From positions 1-39,746 of the forward strand of contig JANYDV010000019.1 of NCBI GenBank assembly GCA_025363505.1: a stretch of DNA of 39,746 bases. The letters are read 5' to 3'. A program made the translations under genes and the position numbers. This document shows, piece by piece, positions 37,148 to 39,746 of this stretch (position 1 is the stretch's first letter; every line of letters starts with the position of its first letter). Under the pieces are notes generated by a model, which saw only the letters and a list, made by a program, of their open reading frames with translations, had not been told where the DNA came from and made no database searches. The stretch comes from Bacteroidota bacterium. GTDB lineage: Bacteria > Bacteroidota > Ignavibacteria > Palsa-1295.

Positions 37148-39746
37148 AGGAAATATTTGAAATATGGCTCATCTTTTAAACCCTCGTATTTCAGTACTTG
37201 CCCCTTACAATATACTTGATTCCAAACAGAATATAATTCTTTTATCTTGTTAACCAGTTGAATTGCTATTACTGAACTTGGAGAAATAGAAGGTTCTAAT
37301 GTCGTTGACCAAAATGAATCAGGATTATTTGGTGACAAGGGATTGTCTACAAAAACTTCGGGTGCTTCAGGTATCGGATTCCCAGCTTCGAATTTAGTCA
37401 CGATACAATTATTATTTGAAAAGCCAAAAGCAAAACAGAGTGAATAAAAATAATTTTCTTTGTCCACCTGTATTTGCGGAGCCCATACATCCATTTGATT
37501 CGCCCAAACGGGATATACGCCATTAATTGCTTTTGTTATTGCAAACCAAGTAAAAGTAGTTTGAGCGGAGTTTATATCAAATGCACAATAACTTCTATTG
37601 TCAGAAGGTCCCGATTGCATTCTTGTTCTATTAACGCCTTTAAAGTCTTCATCAAGTCTAAACCAAACTCTATTTGGCTGGTTAGTTATTCGTCCTTGAG
37701 TATCCGCCTTTATTCTTACAGGTGTAGTATCATCCATAAACCCAAGGTAGATAGAGTTTGCAATACCGTAGGTTTTCTTATTTCCGCGTCGTTCGTCATT
37801 AAGCGATAATCCTCCATATACACTTCGTGACTCTATTTCTTTTTTTGTTGGGTCTCTCTTAAAATCATACATTGATTGATTTGCCCACTCCTTAATGGAA
37901 ATTCGCCTCGCTGAAAGATTGACCAACTTTGCTTGTTTACAAATATCAACCAGTTGAGTATTGATGATTTTTGCTTCGGCATTCCAATTTAGAACCAAGT
38001 CATTTTTTTCTAACGGAGTCAGATCTAATACTTTAACTTCATTTTTGTTGCCGTTTTCATTTCGTACATAACTCCAGATCGTAAAAGATATTGGGAATCT
38101 ACCATCAATCTTAAAAAACTCATTCCCAGTAATTAAAAAACCTTTTTCAAATTTAAAATACTTATCAAATTCTTCCCTAAAAGCTCTATACGTGGGTCTC
38201 GGAATCAGCCAAGATGTAGGTGTGAAAATCATGATCAAAGGTGTCTCCTTCTTGTCATTCCGCAGTTCTTGATCTATTTGTATATCCATTAAATCCATCT
38301 GCTCCACAGGACGATCACCCATTTGGAGGCGAGCAATGTTAACGATTTGTGCAAGAAAAGCAAGATACCTTTCTTTTCCGGCGTCATCTCCTGTTAGTTG
38401 TAAAATAGACGGGTCTATTTGATACACAGCATTTGCAGCTATGCGAACATTTTCATTTTCATCTGTATTCTTATAAGGCGGGTTAAGAAGAAATGCAATA
38501 GGTTTATCAAGTTTTAAATTTTTTTCCCGAAGACCATTTAACAGTACTTGCAGGTAACTCTCGGCAGACTTATCCAGAAAGTTGAGCCCTTCTTTTTCAC
38601 TGGTTTTTGGTATAATTGTAAATCCCGCTTGTATTTCTTGGGGATCGAGTTTCATACGTTGTTCGATCGTTCTTAAGAGATCGGGCTGTAGTTCGGAAAC
38701 AATTTTATGTTTTAGATGTCCGCGCCAACTTGTCACTAAATTGCCTGACCCACCGGCAGGATCGAGAACAATATATTTATCGCTTAGTTTTTTTTCATAG
38801 TATTGATGAACGAACCACAAAGCAAATTTACTAAGATTATCATCAGTAAAGAAGATACCGTGTTGAATTGCGTACTGCTCATCTAATCTTGAGATTACTT
38901 CATCAAATCTACTAAAGTAATAATCCGCGGTTAATCCACTACCCGAATTTACGAATACATAATGATTTTGAACAAACTTCTTAAAAGTCTCATGAAAGCG
39001 CGGAGAAATTTTTAATGTTTCGCTACTTCTTTTCTTTCGTAGATCTATTAATTGCAGATCATCTGAATTGGCAACTTCCACAACTTCAGAATTAACATCC
39101 CAATAGCCAACCATTGCATAAAAGCAGTGAATTGCAGAGAGCGCATTATTTTGCGGGAAAAATCTTTCAAGTTGTTGAATTTTAGTTATGAAGTTTGATG
39201 GTCTAATTTGTAAACGTCCAGCCTCAAGGTTCTTTAAGTAATCTGAAAATTGGGACAATAATATTTTTGGGTCAGTAACAAACAATTGATTTTCAAATTC
39301 ATGGGGAAGTATTTTGAAGGCAGCGCTTTCCAAAATTTCATTTTTTTGTCCTTGATTTGTTTTTTTTGCATTTATTCTGCCTACTTCATTTGGTGCTTTT
39401 TGATTATCTGAGCTATCGGCATACTCGTTTACAAAGTTTGGTAAATCTTTTATTCTCCAAAGCCCTATAAACTTCTGCGAAATTACACAAATTGAAGTAA
39501 ATGTTAAACCTCGTGTATGATAATGCAATCCTTGATACAATCCAGCATAAATATCTTTTGCATCAGTCTTCAACTCAATAATTAATTTTCCTTCTACATA
39601 ACCATCTGCATCTAATGCCTCTGAGGCTCGAGTATATTTTCCGGGAAATATTTCTCTAAAATAGCTATGGACAAAATCGTCACTGGAGTTTTCAGTACCT
39701 GCCGAAAGCAAATACTTTTTCAATTGTTCTATTGTCTTTGGGTTCA
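36976..39746 (-). CDS. Single-chain restriction endonuclease-amino-methyltransferase (Type IIG-like); start probably just off the window edge
   Basis: N-terminal nuclease motifs ADG...IIELK and QGLHY (QxxxY). MTase motifs HGIFFT (X), VLDPAGGSGNL (I) and NPPY (IV, 38473-38484) in gamma order, followed by a long C-terminal TRD-like region. The frame is open upstream of TTG 39723 to the edge (nTG AAC CCA AAG ACA ATA GAA CAA TTG), suggesting a start at 39747 or beyond. Confidence 0.8.
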   Translation of the reverse strand, partial: NPKTIEQLKKYLLSAGTENSSDDFVHSYFREIFPGKYTRASEALDADGYVEGKLIIELKTDAKDIYAGLYQGLHYHTRGLTFTSICVISQKFIGLWRIKDLPNFVNEYADSSDNQKAPNEVGRINAKKTNQGQKNEILESAAFKILPHEFENQLFVTDPKILLSQFSDYLKNLEAGRLQIRPSNFITKIQQLERFFPQNNALSAIHCFYAMVGYWDVNSEVVEVANSDDLQLIDLRKKRSSETLKISPRFHETFKKFVQNHYVFVNSGSGLTADYYFSRFDEVISRLDEQYAIQHGIFFTDDNLSKFALWFVHQYYEKKLSDKYIVLDPAGGSGNLVTSWRGHLKHKIVSELQPDLLRTIEQRMKLDPQEIQAGFTIIPKTSEKEGLNFLDKSAESYLQVLLNGLREKNLKLDKPIAFLLNPPYKNTDENENVRIAANAVYQIDPSILQLTGDDAGKERYLAFLAQIVNIARLQMGDRPVEQMDLMDIQIDQELRNDKKETPLIMIFTPTSWLIPRPTYRAFREEFDKYFKFEKGFLITGNEFFKIDGRFPISFTIWSYVRNENGNKNEVKVLDLTPLEKNDLVLNWNAEAKIINTQLVDICKQAKLVNLSARRISIKEWANQSMYDFKRDPTKKEIESRSVYGGLSLNDERRGNKKTYGIANSIYLGFMDDTTPVRIKADTQGRITNQPNRVWFRLDEDFKGVNRTRMQSGPSDNRSYCAFDINSAQTTFTWFAITKAINGVYPVWANQMDVWAPQIQVDKENYFYSLCFAFGFSNNNCIVTKFEAGNPIPEAPEVFVDNPLSPNNPDSFWSTTLEPSISPSSVIAIQLVNKIKELYSVWNQVYCKGQVLKYEGLKDEPYFKYFLYAPFLTPNSGLIQIKKYAEMENAADLLDLFAQISTRTKKVKEEIYRMLVEDFKYFE

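Noticed and set aside
36976-39746. BREX PglX or DISARM methylase
   Set aside because: No partner genes are visible and the protein has its own N-terminal nuclease motifs. Genes beyond the window edge cannot be excluded.

Overview
Bacterial chromosomal window from the Bacteroidota/Chlorobiota/Ignavibacteria/Kapabacteria (FCB) group. This assignment rests on a fused lpxC-fabZ, proteins with T9SS-type C-terminal (NYPNPF) domains, tandem skp genes and recurrent TAnnTTTG promoter elements. The core (about 2.2-36.4 kb) is housekeeping and envelope genes: namZ-like, photolyase (frameshifted), HIT hydrolase, livK/H/M without ATPases, two CpoB-like TPR lipoproteins flanking a beta-barrel, lpxC-fabZ, lpxA, a 1271-aa surface protein, dprA, crotonase, lpxD, two skp, marC, cysS, an MFS transporter, orphan oxidase subunits III/IV, a Moco oxidoreductase plus cytochrome b, murI, floA and glmM. 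Both ends are visibly AT-richer accessory DNA. The left end has a GNVGIGT-repeat secreted protein (not in the ORF track, runs off the window) preceded by a frameshifted ECF sigma factor. The right end has a REP-like hairpin cluster, a sigma54-like promoter, a small ORF with two perfect beta-clamp-binding motifs (QLSLF and QLDLF), and a convergent single-chain nuclease-methyltransferase (Type IIG-like). The bivalent clamp-motif microprotein locus is the best candidate for an undescribed system. I recognised no rRNA, tRNA, CRISPR array or transposase. All product calls come from motif recognition by eye, not from database searches.
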